Assembly (NCBI GenBank): GCA_041660005.1
Contig: JBAZXG010000002.1
Span: forward strand, 24,356 to 88,355
Source: Patescibacteria group bacterium
GTDB lineage: Bacteria > Patescibacteriota > Patescibacteriia > GWA2-46-9
DNA: 64,000 nucleotides
Direction: 5' to 3'
Positions 62,604 through 64,000 of this stretch are shown piece after piece. How positions within the stretch are numbered: the stretch's first letter is position 1; the number at the start of each line of letters is the position of its first letter. A program made the translations under genes and the position numbers. The notes below the pieces were generated by a model. The model did not search any database. It had not been told where the DNA came from and saw only the letters and a list, made by a program, of their open reading frames with translations.

Positions 62604-63716
62604 TTAGTCGTTACCAAAGGTTACCGCACCGTCCCGACTCATAGAGGCAATCTCGACCCAGACCGGACCGCGAGCAAAAGCGAACGGCAAACCGTTGGCA
62701 TCAAGGTACTTGGTGGGGCTTCCCGCACTACTCTTTTCCCAGCTACCAGAAAATGCTTGTCCGTCTCGGAAAAACCAGGCCTTCCCTTTGCCCACAGTGC
62801 CTACTGTCACCGCGTCGGGGACTGCTGCGCGAGGTGCTGGTGTTATCTTTGTAATTTCGGCAACGATCGTGGCGGCACGAATAACTTCGGCGTTTTCGCG
62901 GTCGGTCGCCTGAACCCCGTCGATGAAACGCGCATAACGCTTGCGTTCACTATCCCAGCGCCACAGCACCCCATAACTTGGCACAGAAAAATCAACCCGG
63001 ACAACTTGTGCTGGTTCGCCACCCTTCGGCGCTTCGTCTGAGAACGTCTGTTGATGGAGCTTAACCGTACTCTCCCAACCACGACGTGTAACAAGGTCAT
63101 CTAACTTTTCCGTCGTGGTAAAAAGATTATGCGGAGGTATCAAGCCGGACCGACGATAATACGCATAACCATTTGCAAATTCGTCTGCATTCGCAATCGT
63201 CTGCATATCAGAGAGCGCAGCAAGCGCCGCAGGACTACCGCCTGAATGTACGTACACGGCAGAAAGCTCACTCGCTAACGGCAAAAAATATTCTCGCGCT
63301 GAACGCACGGGTCCGATGACGACCTTATTGGTGCTTTGGAACACCGCCATGAGTCTCGTCACACCACCTTCAACGAGCGTCTCCCATACCCAACTTGCTT
63401 GACTGAGACCAGAAGCCGGGCGAACACTTGGAAAATTATCAACCATAATTGCATAAGGTCGTTTTACTGCCTGTGCCTCAGGAATATACTCACCCGTAAG
63501 CTCTGAACGAATCATGCCGATGGGTGGTTCTTCGACGGCTGGTGTTGGCACTATTGGGGTCGGTGGCGTTGCGGTGGTAAAAAAGATGACGTAAATAAAA
63601 ACTGCGTTTATTACCAAGACCGCCAGTGCAAGAAAAAGCCAAACATTTTTTTTGAAAAACTCTTTCACCTTTACCGTGAACCCCTTGGGAGAAGTGGAAG
63701 AGATCGCGTCAGCCAT
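62604..63716 (-). CDS. DUF3048 (YerB-like) membrane-anchored protein
   Basis: RP.A.M.DN, RP.SGL, E..VEGG.TR, GPVRSAR.Y, H.GGS, PHN. Confidence 0.85.
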   Translation of the reverse strand: MADAISSTSPKGFTVKVKEFFKKNVWLFLALAVLVINAVFIYVIFFTTATPPTPIVPTPAVEEPPIGMIRSELTGEYIPEAQAVKRPYAIMVDNFPSVRPASGLSQASWVWETLVEGGVTRLMAVFQSTNKVVIGPVRSAREYFLPLASELSAVYVHSGGSPAALAALSDMQTIANADEFANGYAYYRRSGLIPPHNLFTTTEKLDDLVTRRGWESTVKLHQQTFSDEAPKGGEPAQVVRVDFSVPSYGVLWRWDSERKRYARFIDGVQATDRENAEVIRAATIVAEITKITPAPRAAVPDAVTVGTVGKGKAWFFRDGQAFSGSWEKSSAGSPTKYLDANGLPFAFARGPVWVEIASMSRDGAVTFGND

Positions 63717-63718
63717 GG

Positions 63719-64000
63719 TTACACAATCGATGGGAGTTTTGGTAGGGGAAACTCCTCGTCAGTAACCACGCTTTGAATGCGATAGGCGCCGTGCGTTGGC
63801 GCTTCTACGTAGCCGCTCCAGGCCATGCGCGCAAGCCCGCCGCTCTCCACCCAATCAAAAAGCCATTCATTAGTGTACTGGGGGTCATTTTGTGGAACGC
63901 CGCCGCCAACAGTCTGCAGCCAACGGGCATTAAAATCTTCCTGTGACCCAAGCGGTGGCGCAATAATAATAGGAATACCCGCACCAGTATAGAATGACTG
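63719..64000 (-). CDS. 3' end of a CDS running off the window (glycosyltransferase-like C-terminus)
   Basis: 94 open codons: SFYTGAGIPIII.PP.GSQE.FN..WL. Confidence 0.55.
   Translation of the reverse strand, partial: QSFYTGAGIPIIIAPPLGSQEDFNARWLQTVGGGVPQNDPQYTNEWLFDWVESGGLARMAWSGYVEAPTHGAYRIQSVVTDEEFPLPKLPSIV

Overview
This window looks like chromosome from a Patescibacteria (CPR)-type bacterium. That assignment is inferred from gene content: a tandem VirB2/TrbC-like pilin array, PilT, a lamin-tail surface protein, GT-C glycosyltransferases and tRNA-Arg(UCG), with standard stop-codon usage. Housekeeping genes lie mostly on the minus strand: rnc, nusB, rpmF, gyrA, nusA, rnhB, trxA, hppA, a liv ABC operon and five tRNAs. 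The main accessory feature is a ~14 kb integrated element (~44.2-58.15 kb) next to tRNA-Ser(CGA). It carries an ImmA/ImmR-like switch, two DNA methyltransferases, a large serine recombinase, an ATPase-TOPRIM nuclease and a diversity-generating retroelement (DGR; 13 of 14 TR/VR mismatches at TR adenines). The DGR is oddly wired in two ways. Its RT is frameshifted exactly at a (GA)14-G12 slippery tract. Its avd gene is antisense, shares an ATGCAT start palindrome with RT, and is bounded by 7-bp inverted repeats whose inversion would leave both ORFs intact and coupled. Other notable signals are ~120-190 bp modules downstream of four tRNAs that carry host-tRNA-specific ends, a stand-alone rod-shaped ncRNA candidate at ~61.7 kb, parS sites, and an O-antigen ligase-ASCH fusion. 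All calls come from reading motifs by eye; no database searches were run.
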